Positions 35,259-44,194 of a stretch of 58,174 bases of DNA are shown here, in pieces. The stretch is taken from IMG/VR virus record IMGVR_UViG_3300018914_000034, positions 1 to 58,174 of that record; one strand, 5' to 3'. The position numbers were made by a program, and so were the translations under genes. Position 1 is the first letter of the stretch, and each line of letters begins with the position of its first letter. A model generated the notes under the pieces. The model saw nothing but the letters and a program-made list of their open reading frames with translations, was not told where the DNA came from and ran no database searches. This DNA is from a virus (Duplodnaviria > Caudoviricetes).

Positions 35259-37061
35259 CTAGAAGGTGTGTGAGGAAGGCCTGAACTCCGGCCGAATGCG
35301 CACGCCATGGTAGACCGAAACCGACGACTTGCCCTTTTCGAAGCCGTGCCGTGCCGCCGCCTTCGGCAGCCGTCGATTGAAGGTGTTGGCCTGCCAGGGT
35401 GTGAGCGCGGCGCGTTTGCAGTATTCGTTGAAGGCCATGTACAGGTCGCCCGCCGATTCAGTATCTCCGGATATCTTCGTCACATCAAGCGCTGCCCGGA
35501 TGAACGCTCCCAGGAGATCGCTTTCATCCCGATATTCCTGCGTCGCCGCCAGCACCTCGTCTGGCGGATCGAGCCGCCCCCGCGCGAAATAGTCGAGAGC
35601 GCCAGCGATCAGCCAATTGAGAATGCCGGAGCGTTCCGCCCACAGCTTCTCCGGCAGGCTCTTGTCGCGCTCGGAGATGGGGATCTGCTCGTCGAAGGGT
35701 ACCAGTGACACGCGCCGCCAGATGCCGTCGTCGTCGCCCTTGATCGGCGGCTTGCGGTTCATGGAGATCACCAGCTTGAAGGTCGGATAGACCTCCACGA
35801 ATTCCTCGTTGAGGCGCCGCACCAGGATAGGCTCGCCGGATGTGAGCTGCTTGATCAGGCTCTCGTCGAACGACACGCCTTCCTTCGGCTCGGCGGAGCG
35901 CACGAGGCGCGCGCCTGGCAGGCGCACGAGGTCCGGCGTCGCCTCGGCCCCCTTGCGCCTGTCCTCACCCACCAGCGTCGCGATCGGCACCGAGGTGGCG
36001 TAATCGCCCAGGATCTTCGACACGATGTCCACCAGCGTCGACTTGCCGTTCGCCCCCTCGCCATGGAACAGCATGAAGACCTGCTCCTTGGTGAGAGCTG
36101 TGAGCGCGTAGCCGAAGAACCGCTGCACGTAGTCGCGCACCGCCTGGGACGGCAGGATCCGCACCAGGAACCTGTCGAAAACCGGACAGCCCGCAGCCGG
36201 ATCGTATGCCACCGGCCCTATCTTCGAGATCAGATCGTTGCGATCATGGTCGCTCAGCGCCACACGCCAGGTCGTGATCATTCGGACGGAATCCGGGTCA
36301 GGGTTTTCCGGGTCGGGCTCCTCGACCTGGATGAAGCGCAGCGTGCCGTTCTCCACGTTGAAGGCGAGCGGGTCGGCGTCGAAATCCCGCACGGGCTTCG
36401 ACAGGAAGGCCACCGCTTCGTTGAGCATGCCGTCGATCTTGCCCGAGTTGCCGGAGGTATTGGCAAAACGCCGGCGCGCCGTCTGGCGGGCCTGCAGGCC
36501 CTTCAGCACGCTCTTTCCGTCGGCGATCGCCTGCTTGAGCGGCTCGATCTTGGCTTTCACCCCTTTGATCCTTGCCTCCCGCTCGCCCTTGATCAAGTTG
36601 ATGTCGTTCTCGAGGTCGGAGATCTCCGCGTGGAGTTCCGCCAAGCGCTCGCGGGCGGCTTCCGCCGCCTCGATCACCTGCCGCTCCCGCGGCGTCGGCT
36701 CCAGAACATAGGCTTCGAGGGCGATGGCCTCCACGACCTTGTGGCACATCGGGCGGGTGCCGCAGCCGTCGATATCCTCCTGCCAGCGGCGGCCGTCGTA
36801 GACGTGCCAGCCGATGTTCTGCACATGCACGATGTCGTCGCCGTACCGGATGCGCAGCCGGCGGCTGTTGCCGATGTCGTTCTGAGGCTCGGCAGCGCAA
36901 AGGCGCACCAAGCTCCAATCGATATCCTCCGTGATCGCGACCTCGTCCACGAACTCGTCATCCGGGTCGGGTGCCATCCTGGGGGAAGCCGGGGGCGCCG
37001 AGTTCACGGCCGGGGCGTTCTCGACAATGGAGGCGATGCGTTTGGTGGGATCTTCAGTCAC
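35259..37061 (-). CDS. P4-family/D5 SF3 primase-associated helicase
   Basis: NDIGNSRR D5-N, FNVENGTL, GEGANGKST Walker A, IKQLTSGE, N.KP.I...DDGIWRR; GGGAGGG RBS with GTG. Confidence 0.95.
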   Translation of the reverse strand: MTEDPTKRIASIVENAPAVNSAPPASPRMAPDPDDEFVDEVAITEDIDWSLVRLCAAEPQNDIGNSRRLRIRYGDDIVHVQNIGWHVYDGRRWQEDIDGCGTRPMCHKVVEAIALEAYVLEPTPRERQVIEAAEAARERLAELHAEISDLENDINLIKGEREARIKGVKAKIEPLKQAIADGKSVLKGLQARQTARRRFANTSGNSGKIDGMLNEAVAFLSKPVRDFDADPLAFNVENGTLRFIQVEEPDPENPDPDSVRMITTWRVALSDHDRNDLISKIGPVAYDPAAGCPVFDRFLVRILPSQAVRDYVQRFFGYALTALTKEQVFMLFHGEGANGKSTLVDIVSKILGDYATSVPIATLVGEDRRKGAEATPDLVRLPGARLVRSAEPKEGVSFDESLIKQLTSGEPILVRRLNEEFVEVYPTFKLVISMNRKPPIKGDDDGIWRRVSLVPFDEQIPISERDKSLPEKLWAERSGILNWLIAGALDYFARGRLDPPDEVLAATQEYRDESDLLGAFIRAALDVTKISGDTESAGDLYMAFNEYCKRAALTPWQANTFNRRLPKAAARHGFEKGKSSVSVYHGVRIRPEFRPSSHTF

Positions 37062-37077
37062 GCGCCCTCCCTATAAA

Positions 37078-37138
37078 TACACACGCCATACACAAAAGAC
37101 ACTTGACGCCCTGTAACGCCGTGTGTACAACATACACA
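37078..37138 (+). promoter_or_regulatory. hicAB promoter with operator palindrome
   Basis: TTGACG(37103)-17-TACAAC(37126); TGTGTA-CAACA-TACACA inverted repeat 37122-37138; extra TACACA half-sites at 37078 and 37089. Confidence 0.75.
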
Positions 37139-37156
37139 TAGACAGGGGGCAGAGAG

Positions 37157-37336
37157 ATGGACTCGAAGGACTTGATCAAGGAGCTGGAGCAGGACGGTTG
37201 GTTCTGGCACTCGACGACGGGCAGCCACCGCCACTTCAAGCACCCCACCAAGCCCGGCAAGGTCACGGTGCCCCACCCGAAAAAGGACATGCACCCCAAG
37301 ACGGTGAAATCGATCAGGAAGGCGGCGGGGATCTAA
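37157..37336 (+). CDS. hicA: HicA toxin (mRNA interferase), absent from the ORF track (59 aa)
   Basis: MDSKDLIKELEQDGW....GSHRHFKHPTKPGKVTVPHPKKD...TVKSIRKAAGI. Confidence 0.95.
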   Translation: MDSKDLIKELEQDGWFWHSTTGSHRHFKHPTKPGKVTVPHPKKDMHPKTVKSIRKAAGI

Positions 37337-37363
37337 CCCTGCCCCAACCGAAAGGAGAGAACC

Positions 37364-37777
37364 ATGAGACCCTATGTTGCGCTGATCCACCTTCCCGAAA
37401 ACGGCTCGTCCTGGGGCGTCACCTTCCCCGACGTCCCTGGCTGTGTGTCCGCCGGTGACAGCTTCGAGGAAGCGGTCGAGAACGCCCGCGAAGCCCTCTC
37501 CGGTCACCTCGCCGCGCTCCAGGCCGATGGTGATCCGATCCCTGAGGCACGGACCTACAAGCAGGTTCGTGACGACGAGGACGTCCAAGCCGAGGTGCGG
37601 GAGGGCGCGACTCTGCACCTGGTCGAGCCCCGCGTGATCGCTGCCGAGCGCGTCAGGGTGAACATCACCATCGACAAGGGACTTCTGCGCCGAGCCGATG
37701 AAACTGCTGAGGCTAAAGGCATAACCCGATCGGCATTCATCGAGCAGGCGCTCGATCGTCTGATTGAGGTGTCCTAA
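37364..37777 (+). CDS. hicB: HicB antitoxin with C-terminal ribbon-helix-helix
   Basis: WGVTFPDVPGC.SAGDS.EEA..NA.EAL; RVNITIDKGLL..TRSAFI; AAGGAG RBS. Confidence 0.95.
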   Translation: MRPYVALIHLPENGSSWGVTFPDVPGCVSAGDSFEEAVENAREALSGHLAALQADGDPIPEARTYKQVRDDEDVQAEVREGATLHLVEPRVIAAERVRVNITIDKGLLRRADETAEAKGITRSAFIEQALDRLIEVS

Positions 37778-37780
37778 CTC

Positions 37781-38605
37781 ATGAAGGGCGCGAAACATCC
37801 CAAGCGGAGAGATGGCAATTTGGCTCCTCTGATAGGTGGCATCCTCGTCAGCGTACTGGTGGCAAGCTATGCCCTGTTGATGATGTGGGGTGCAGAGGTG
37901 TGCGGCGGTGCAAAGGTGAAGGAAGCCCTGCTCGCCGATGGTCGGATGGGCTGTGTAGAATACTGGTTCAATCGGTATCAGACCATCCTCACCGGATTTG
38001 CAGCCTTGCTCGCTGCCTGGATGGCGTCTCTGCCGGTCAGAGGACAACTCAAGGAGATGTCTCGGCAGTCTGCCGCCTCTGCGAGACCCGCTATGATTGA
38101 ACTCGCAAAAGCCCTGGAGGAGGAAAGAGAGTACATAGCGGAGGCCATGTTCGACCTGATCGGTGTTAACCGCTTGCAGAGAGAGTATGATGATCGAGCA
38201 TCCTGGCCGGAAATCTACTCCGAGTGGTCCGATCGTTGCTGGAACCTTGTTGGCAGGTGTCGGGACGTCGATGAATTTCTGTCGGCAATTTCCCGAAGGA
38301 ACCCCGAAGCGACAGCACTGAACAGCACCCGAGCAGAGTTGGTGAAATCGATAGGGGCTTTGAGGAACGCACTTCGCGACCTTGGCGAGGCCTTTCAGCT
38401 GCAGACTACCGGACCAGATTATGAAGTGGGCGAGGAAGATATCTCCAAAGCAGAGAGTGATCGGCGACGCCGGACCGTGGAGATCGCATACAAGGCGTGG
38501 ATGGATCAAAGCCGTGGGATGCTCAGACTCCTTTCGACCGAAATTACGGAGGCCTGGACTCGCGTTCGTCAGATGGAGCGATACGCATTGGACCTGGCAC
38601 GCTGA
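37781..38605 (+). CDS. Membrane-anchored helical hypothetical protein co-oriented with hicAB
   Basis: Two N-terminal TM segments (C.EYWFNRYQT.L.GFAALLAA), lower GC, 3 bp after hicB. Confidence 0.8.
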   Translation: MKGAKHPKRRDGNLAPLIGGILVSVLVASYALLMMWGAEVCGGAKVKEALLADGRMGCVEYWFNRYQTILTGFAALLAAWMASLPVRGQLKEMSRQSAASARPAMIELAKALEEEREYIAEAMFDLIGVNRLQREYDDRASWPEIYSEWSDRCWNLVGRCRDVDEFLSAISRRNPEATALNSTRAELVKSIGALRNALRDLGEAFQLQTTGPDYEVGEEDISKAESDRRRRTVEIAYKAWMDQSRGMLRLLSTEITEAWTRVRQMERYALDLAR

Positions 38606-38628
38606 GGCGGCATCGTGAATGCCATTGC

Positions 38629-38928
38629 TCAAGGCCGCACCTCCCGCGCCGCGATCTGCCGGATGAACTCCTCGTGCGGCGCGAGCGCCCGCAGCAGATT
38701 GCTGTAGTCGAGGAAGTTTGCGCATTGACGCTGCACCTCGGCGATCGTGGCGACGCCGACGCTGGTGGGATCGCGCAGGGTGAAGAGGTGGAGCGCGTCC
38801 AGGCTGGAGGCCTCCCGCTTGGCGGCGAGCAGCAGCTCCTCCGCCATCTCGCGAAAGCTCAAGCCGCGCGGGATCTCTGGCACGGCCTCTTGGGCGACGT
38901 CAGGCCTGAGTGCGACGACGATCGTCAT
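38629..38928 (-). CDS. Hypothetical protein (99 aa)
   Basis: ATGA overlap with the primase stop, GAGGGG RBS. Confidence 0.75.
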   Translation of the reverse strand: MTIVVALRPDVAQEAVPEIPRGLSFREMAEELLLAAKREASSLDALHLFTLRDPTSVGVATIAEVQRQCANFLDYSNLLRALAPHEEFIRQIAAREVRP

Positions 38929-40160
38929 GCGGCTTGCCCCCTCAGCATGGTGTTGAAGTCGGTTCCCTGGTCGGCCCAGGCCTCGCGGATGATCCGGCCG
39001 GGCCGCGCGTGGCGGAGCGCAGCCCGGCGCAGGGCGTTCTGGGTGAAGACCGGTTCGCTGTCGCCGTCGCCGAGCAGGAAGAGCTCTTCCACGCTGTCTG
39101 GCACCGGCATGATGTCGGATGAAAAGTCGGGTTCGGCCGATGGAATCATCACCGGAAACGACCGGCCGCGAGCATCGGTGCGGCGCAGGGTCGGATGGCG
39201 CATGGAGTTCATGGCCTTGCCGCCGAGATTGAGCAGGTTGATCGAGGACCAGAAGGCCGCCCCGTCCAGCAGTGGCGAACCCAGCAGGCGCAGGGCCGTC
39301 CAGACCGAGAGCACCGTCTCGATCCCCTCCCCGACGAAGAGCCGCCTCGGCTCCTTGACGCGCACGAGTTCGATCCGGCCGCCGCGCTGTGTGCCGCGCA
39401 CCTTCTTGGCCGGCACGAACTCGCCGGTCTCGCGGTCCGGCACCATAGTCTTGCCCGACTCGGTGGAGAGATCGATCCAGGTAGCGTGCAGGCCCGAGAA
39501 ACGCCCATCCGGCCCGATGATGGCGGCGAGCATGGCCGGCCCCACATGGATCGGCTTCACGCCCTTGCCGACGCTGTCGAAGAGGGGATGGCGGGGAGCA
39601 AAGCGCAACAGGGCTCCGTCCGGGCGCTGCAGCTTGCGGTGCGTGAGGTAAGCCTCGGCGGCCGTGCCCCAAATCGGCTTGGCATCCTTCCAGAACCCGT
39701 AGCAGCGCTCCCGCTCCCGCTCGCGATAGGCGTTGAGCTCCTTGGCGCGGGCCTCCTCCTCGCGGGCGTTCCTCTCGCGCCAGGCGCGAGCTTCTTCCTC
39801 CCGCCGGGCACGGTCCTCGTCCGATTCCCGCGCCACCTTGCCGGGCGGCGGGCGGCGGGTCAGGATCTCGCATGCGGTGAGGAAGTCGCAGGCCTCCAGG
39901 ATCATGCACAGGTCGATCACGTTGCCGCCGCTGCGGCCGCTGGCGTCGCTGCACTTGCGACAGTTGAATAGGTTTTTGTTGAGGTTGACGGAGAAGCGGT
40001 CGGCATTCGGCTTCTCGGTCCCGCCGCAGCGCGGGCAGGCGCCGACCTTCTCATAGGACCCCTTGAGCCGCGGCATGCGCGGATGCGTCAGCAGCGACGC
40101 GATCTGCACCGCTCGCGCTTCCTCCATCCACCGCTGGAACTCCGGGTCAGGCGCGCGCAT
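38925..40160 (-). CDS. Primase: Zn-finger + Toprim-like
   Basis: GACPRCGG..DRF..FNCRKC Zn ribbon, AEAYL..R, GEGIET.LS, LLGDGD, GTDFN. Confidence 0.88.
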   Translation of the reverse strand: MRAPDPEFQRWMEEARAVQIASLLTHPRMPRLKGSYEKVGACPRCGGTEKPNADRFSVNLNKNLFNCRKCSDASGRSGGNVIDLCMILEACDFLTACEILTRRPPPGKVARESDEDRARREEEARAWRERNAREEEARAKELNAYRERERERCYGFWKDAKPIWGTAAEAYLTHRKLQRPDGALLRFAPRHPLFDSVGKGVKPIHVGPAMLAAIIGPDGRFSGLHATWIDLSTESGKTMVPDRETGEFVPAKKVRGTQRGGRIELVRVKEPRRLFVGEGIETVLSVWTALRLLGSPLLDGAAFWSSINLLNLGGKAMNSMRHPTLRRTDARGRSFPVMIPSAEPDFSSDIMPVPDSVEELFLLGDGDSEPVFTQNALRRAALRHARPGRIIREAWADQGTDFNTMLRGQAA

Positions 40161-40582
40161 CAATCGGTTCCCTTCACCGTGACACGGATCCAGCACCGCT
40201 GCTCCGGGCAGGTGCAGCGCACGCGCTGACGGATGCGATCCTCCTCGCTGTGAGCCGGTCCGACGGGAACGGTGCGGGTCGGGCCGCAGCCATAGGCGCA
40301 GTCGTGCGGGCCGGCGCGGCGCGAGGCGGTTTCGATCATGGTTTCCGGCACGCGCATCTCGAGGGCGACGTCAGAAACGCTCTCGCCCTTGCTGAGGCGC
40401 TCGACGGCGGCCTTCGCGCCCTCGGCCGTGAGGCGGAAGCGCCGCCGCTTCGGCCGGGTGTCCTTGACAGGCTTGCCGCTGGCGTCCTTCGGTCGAGGAC
40501 CCACCGGCGTCATGCGCGTCTTGATGTAGTCCGGGATGCCTCCCGGTCCCCAATCGACGTCGTTCCAGGACCAGACCGCCAT
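40160..40582 (-). CDS. Hypothetical HTH-containing protein
   Basis: RLSKGESVSDVALEMRVPETMI HTH-like segment; Cys-containing C-terminus; TGATG overlap with the primase. Confidence 0.6.
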   Translation of the reverse strand: MAVWSWNDVDWGPGGIPDYIKTRMTPVGPRPKDASGKPVKDTRPKRRRFRLTAEGAKAAVERLSKGESVSDVALEMRVPETMIETASRRAGPHDCAYGCGPTRTVPVGPAHSEEDRIRQRVRCTCPEQRCWIRVTVKGTD

Positions 40583-40585
40583 GGC

Positions 40586-40849
40586 TCAGGCCTCCACGCA
40601 CATGGCGCCGGGCGAGCCCACGCCCGACGCCGAGGCATAAGAGGTCCTCAGGGGCAAGCCGTCGCTCTCGCGGATGTTCACGTTGGGATAGAAGCTCGGG
40701 CAGTGCTGATAGAGATCGCCGAGGTGAAGGAGGCCCGCGCGGGCGTCCGGGTCCTTGACCGTCTCGGCCACGTCGTAAAGCCGCTCGGCACACCGCTTGA
40801 ACGCAGCCGGCACCTGTGCCGCGGGTGCGGCCTGTTTCTTCTTACGCAT
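40586..40849 (-). CDS. Hypothetical protein
   Basis: GAGGGG RBS; fills the operon between the cII-like gene and the next gene. Confidence 0.55.
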   Translation of the reverse strand: MRKKKQAAPAAQVPAAFKRCAERLYDVAETVKDPDARAGLLHLGDLYQHCPSFYPNVNIRESDGLPLRTSYASASGVGSPGAMCVEA

Positions 40850-40909
40850 CTGTTGCCCCTCAAGTTCAGGATGCCCGCCGGTTGGCTCCGGCTTCGGCGG
40901 TTCAGGTGA

Positions 40910-41401
40910 TCAGGGTCGCTGCACGAGCCTCGGCCCTGCGCCGGCCTTCGCCGTCGCGCAGGCCTGTCCGAGCCCGTTCAGCGAGTTGAGAACTTCCGTG
41001 CGTGCGCGATCGATGGTCTCGATCTCGGCCGGCGAGAACTTCCCGTCGGCCGCCGCAGTGGCGAATTGCGTGACCAGCTTCGCGACGTCGCTGAGCACCT
41101 GGCTGTGGCTCGCGACGAGGCACCCGGCCTGGTCCGGCGCAGCCGCGCCGTCGGTAAGCTTGCATCCGTTGATCTCGGCCATCACGCCCGTGATCAGCGG
41201 CTGGCCGCAATCGGCTTCGAGCGCCAGGGCCTGGGGGATCGTGATGATGGTCGGATCGGTCGAGAGCTGGCAGCGCGACATCTGGCTGGAGGACAACCCT
41301 GCTGTCCCCCCTGCGCGGTCGACGCCGCCGCACAGTTTGACGAGATCACGGGTGGCGCTTTTCAGGCGGTGGAACCAGGCGTCGTCGATGGGGCGGCTCA
41401 T
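40910..41401 (-). CDS. CII-like regulatory protein
   Basis: LK.ATR.LV...GG...A, ALE..CG.P.IT..MA, A.ADG..SP.E; GGAG RBS; downstream of cro. Confidence 0.75.
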   Translation of the reverse strand: MSRPIDDAWFHRLKSATRDLVKLCGGVDRAGGTAGLSSSQMSRCQLSTDPTIITIPQALALEADCGQPLITGVMAEINGCKLTDGAAAPDQAGCLVASHSQVLSDVAKLVTQFATAAADGKFSPAEIETIDRARTEVLNSLNGLGQACATAKAGAGPRLVQRP

Positions 41402-41826
41402 GGCACGAAGTCTCCGTCAACGGGAAAAAGCGTCTGCTTTTCCCGGAGTGGGAATGGTCAAGCTTTGAGAGAAAGGTGCGGTCGAACTAACGCGTCACGG
41501 AGGATCACCCCCATGAAGAACTTTGAGACCGGCAGGGGCCGGCTCGACCGGCCTCAGACCGTCGATGACAGCGGCCGGGACCGTGCTCCACGGGATCTCC
41601 GCATAGCAGAGGCCCGGGCACGTCTCAGGGGCGCACTGCGGACCCTTGCGATTGCGCAGCGCCTCGCCGAGGAAGCCCACACCCACCGTCGCGACCTGTG
41701 CCACGAAGCCAAGAGACAGGACTGCGGTCAGCTCTCGCAGCTGACTGAATCCGAACGCTGGCAGGATAGCGTGGAGAGACAGAAAACCCCGGCGGGACAT
41801 GGCGATGGTGGAGGTGCCAAGAGTGC

Positions 41827-42069
41827 TCATGACCGCTCCATTTCAGGAGAGGAGTGCGGCAAGGAACAATCAGCACTGATGACCTGGTCTAGAAAGTCAT
41901 TTGGAGTGACCTGACCGTGTGTGACTTCCTGAATACGGGCCAGCTGCAACGGACGCGGGATCCGCTTGCCACTTGCATACCGACTAACCGCCGCCTGCGT
42001 CGTTCCTATGAGCGACGCGAAGTCGGAGTGGGTCATCTGGTTCGCAGCCAAGTAGTCCGTGAGCTTCAT
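41827..42069 (-). CDS. Cro-like HTH repressor
   Basis: MKLTDYL....T...FA..IG.TQ..VSRY..G.R.P...T.G.VTPNDF; divergent from cI. Confidence 0.9.
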   Translation of the reverse strand: MKLTDYLAANQMTHSDFASLIGTTQAAVSRYASGKRIPRPLQLARIQEVTHGQVTPNDFLDQVISADCSLPHSSPEMERS

Positions 42070-42164
42070 ACCCCATCAATACCAAAACGGTATCATGGTG
42101 GCAAGCCTCAAAATACCATTTTGGATTTAGACGCTGTGGAAACGCCCATGTACCATTTTGGTAT
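42070..42164. promoter_or_regulatory. OR region: three operators with PR- and PRM-like promoters
   Basis: ATACC-N5-GGTAT-type palindromes at 42079-42093, 42113-42127, 42150-42164; TTGCCA-17-TATTGA (minus) and TAGACG-17-TACCAT (plus). Confidence 0.85.
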
Positions 42165-42873
42165 GAGTTTTCTGAAAGAGATCCGGGAAAAGAAAGGTCT
42201 CTCGCAGGCAAAGCTCGCGCAACTCGCCGGCACCAGCCAGCCCCAAATTAAGCGGCTAGAGGACGGCGAGCGCAAGCTGACCCGCGAGTGGGCCGAACGC
42301 CTTGCGCCCCATCTAGAAGTCGCGCCAGAACGAATCCTCTTCCCCAACGGAATGCCAGTTGGTGCACCGCCTCACATAGAAGATCGCGTCCGGGAGCAGC
42401 CTTCGCCCAATGTTGACTTGTCACGGATCGAGGACGCCCCTCCCCTCCGGAGGTTCGCTGGCCCACGAGACGTGCCCGTCCTTGGCACAGCTGTCGGCGG
42501 CGGCGATGAGGATGGCGATTTCCGCTTCAATGGCGAGACCATCGACATGGCGCCCCGGCCGCCCGGGATTGCCAACCGCAAAGACGTCTATGCCCTCTAT
42601 GTCGAGAACGACTCGATGTACCCCCGCTTCAGGCCAGGCGTGAAGCTGTATGTCGATCCGCACCGCAGGCCGCTTGCTGGCGATGACGTGGTGCTGGAGC
42701 TCCATGGCGCTGAGGGCGAAGCCGGCAAAGGCTTCATCAAGTGCCTCGTCAAACGGACGGCCACTAAGGTGATTGTTGAGCAGTTCAACCCGCCCAAGCA
42801 GATCGAGTTCGACGCCAACCAAGTGAAGAACTTGCACCGGGTCATCCCCTACGACGAGTTGCTGGGGTTTTAG
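42163..42873 (+). CDS. CI-like repressor (XRE HTH + S24 peptidase)
   Basis: LKEIREKKGLSQ..LA..AGTSQ.QI.RLE.G; VPVLG, NDSMYP (Ser), FIKCL (Lys). Confidence 0.94.
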   Translation: MSFLKEIREKKGLSQAKLAQLAGTSQPQIKRLEDGERKLTREWAERLAPHLEVAPERILFPNGMPVGAPPHIEDRVREQPSPNVDLSRIEDAPPLRRFAGPRDVPVLGTAVGGGDEDGDFRFNGETIDMAPRPPGIANRKDVYALYVENDSMYPRFRPGVKLYVDPHRRPLAGDDVVLELHGAEGEAGKGFIKCLVKRTATKVIVEQFNPPKQIEFDANQVKNLHRVIPYDELLGF

Positions 42874-42932
42874 CCTTCCGGCCCCGACGGGACCAGAAGT
42901 CAATGGTAGAAGCCAGAAGGGAGTGTCTCAGG

Positions 42933-43055
42933 ATGAGCGAAAGAGAGAAAGATCCGCCGAAGCCTCCGCGCGAGAAGCCGCCGCCCCCGTCACAGGATGG
43001 ACTTGTTGGCACGCGGAGCGAAGTCCCTAAGGATAGAGATACCAAGTCCAAGTAG
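42933..43055 (+). CDS. Putative 40-aa Pro/Lys-rich peptide
   Basis: AAGGGAG RBS; MSEREKDPPKPPREKPPPPSQDGLVGTRSEVPKDRDTKSK*. Confidence 0.5.
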   Translation: MSEREKDPPKPPREKPPPPSQDGLVGTRSEVPKDRDTKSK

Positions 43056-43563
43056 CCCAACCGATCAGGGCAAGGGGCGCCAACGCCCCTGCCCCCATGC
43101 CGAGCCGCAGTGCGAGCACTTTGCGCGCATTGCTCAGGTGGCTTGCGTCGATGCGGCCCTGCTGAGATTGGGTGAGGTAGGCGAACATATCCGCTAGATC
43201 ATCATCGCTGCCGTCGATACGTCCCCGGACCAGCCACATTGAGGGAAGGCTGCCCGTATAGCCGTACTGCATGGGCCAGTTGGCCCAGATGAAGCATACC
43301 ATGCCAACGACCAGGCAGGATCCCGCAACGGCAAACGGCCACGGGGAGAGACCCGCGGGCGCCTCCTTCATGATCGCTGCCGCGAGGCCGAATAAGGCGA
43401 GCGCGATGGTCACGTAGGCGCTGAACAGGCTTGTAGCCTTTTGCTCAACGGACCTTTTGACCTCCAGGACATCCAAAAGATACTTCTCGGTTTGGGCGTG
43501 GGCCTCCTTGGCAATATTGAGATTGACGCTCGCAAGGCCATGAATTTCATCAGGCGTCAGCAT
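43027..43563 (-). CDS. 3-TM membrane protein (immunity-region cargo)
   Basis: GAGGT RBS before ATG 43563; EQKATSL..2TM..N.RK..L..TM architecture. Confidence 0.75.
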   Translation of the reverse strand: MLTPDEIHGLASVNLNIAKEAHAQTEKYLLDVLEVKRSVEQKATSLFSAYVTIALALFGLAAAIMKEAPAGLSPWPFAVAGSCLVVGMVCFIWANWPMQYGYTGSLPSMWLVRGRIDGSDDDLADMFAYLTQSQQGRIDASHLSNARKVLALRLGMGAGALAPLALIGWATWTWYLYP

Positions 43564-43631
43564 TTGTACCTCGCATGTCGGCAGGACCCCACGATGCTCC
43601 TGGTGCGCGGCGAAGGAGAGTTCCGGACAGG

Positions 43632-43934
43632 CTATGCCTCCGGCCCGATCGCGAGATATCCCACCTCGCCGTGAACAACGTATTGCGGCTGCCATCCTTC
43701 CATCTCTAGAGCCCGAGACGCGATCTCCTCGGGCTTTTTTTTACCTTCCTTCATGGCATCGCGGATCCGCAAGGCATAGACGGCATCTTCGACAAACGTC
43801 ATCTTGCGGCCGCTCATCTGGTAGGCCGTGTTGATGATGATCATCGCCATCTGCTCTGGTTCCATTTTGATAAAGGTGGGCGCCCAGTCCTCATCGGATC
43901 CGAGTTCAGATCCTCTCTGATGCTCCTGGTTCAT
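43632..43934 (-). CDS. Hypothetical protein (100 aa)
   Basis: ATGA overlap with the Zn-ribbon gene stop; GGAG RBS. Confidence 0.75.
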   Translation of the reverse strand: MNQEHQRGSELGSDEDWAPTFIKMEPEQMAMIIINTAYQMSGRKMTFVEDAVYALRIRDAMKEGKKKPEEIASRALEMEGWQPQYVVHGEVGYLAIGPEA

Positions 43935-44179
43935 GAAAGCTTCTCCGGTTTCTGATTGTAAAGGTGGGGTATTATTTTGATGTTCCGGCTCGCGGCGTCG
44001 CGCTCATCGCAGCCGCGGCAGTAGAGCCGGCTCCCGAGCTCGTGGAAGCTGCGGTAGCCTCGCGCCTCCAGGTCAAGGATTTTCCGGCGCTGGAATCGGC
44101 GGACCCGGCCGCAATTCTCGCAGGTGATGTCGAGCGCCCAGGCTCGTCTCAATTCACTGTCTCTATGCCTTGCTTCCAT
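43931..44179 (-). CDS. Small Zn-ribbon protein (CxxC...CxxC)
   Basis: ITCENCGR...LGSRLYCRGC. Confidence 0.8.
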   Translation of the reverse strand: MEARHRDSELRRAWALDITCENCGRVRRFQRRKILDLEARGYRSFHELGSRLYCRGCDERDAASRNIKIIPHLYNQKPEKLS

Positions 44180-44194
44180 GATAGCCCCATGAAT

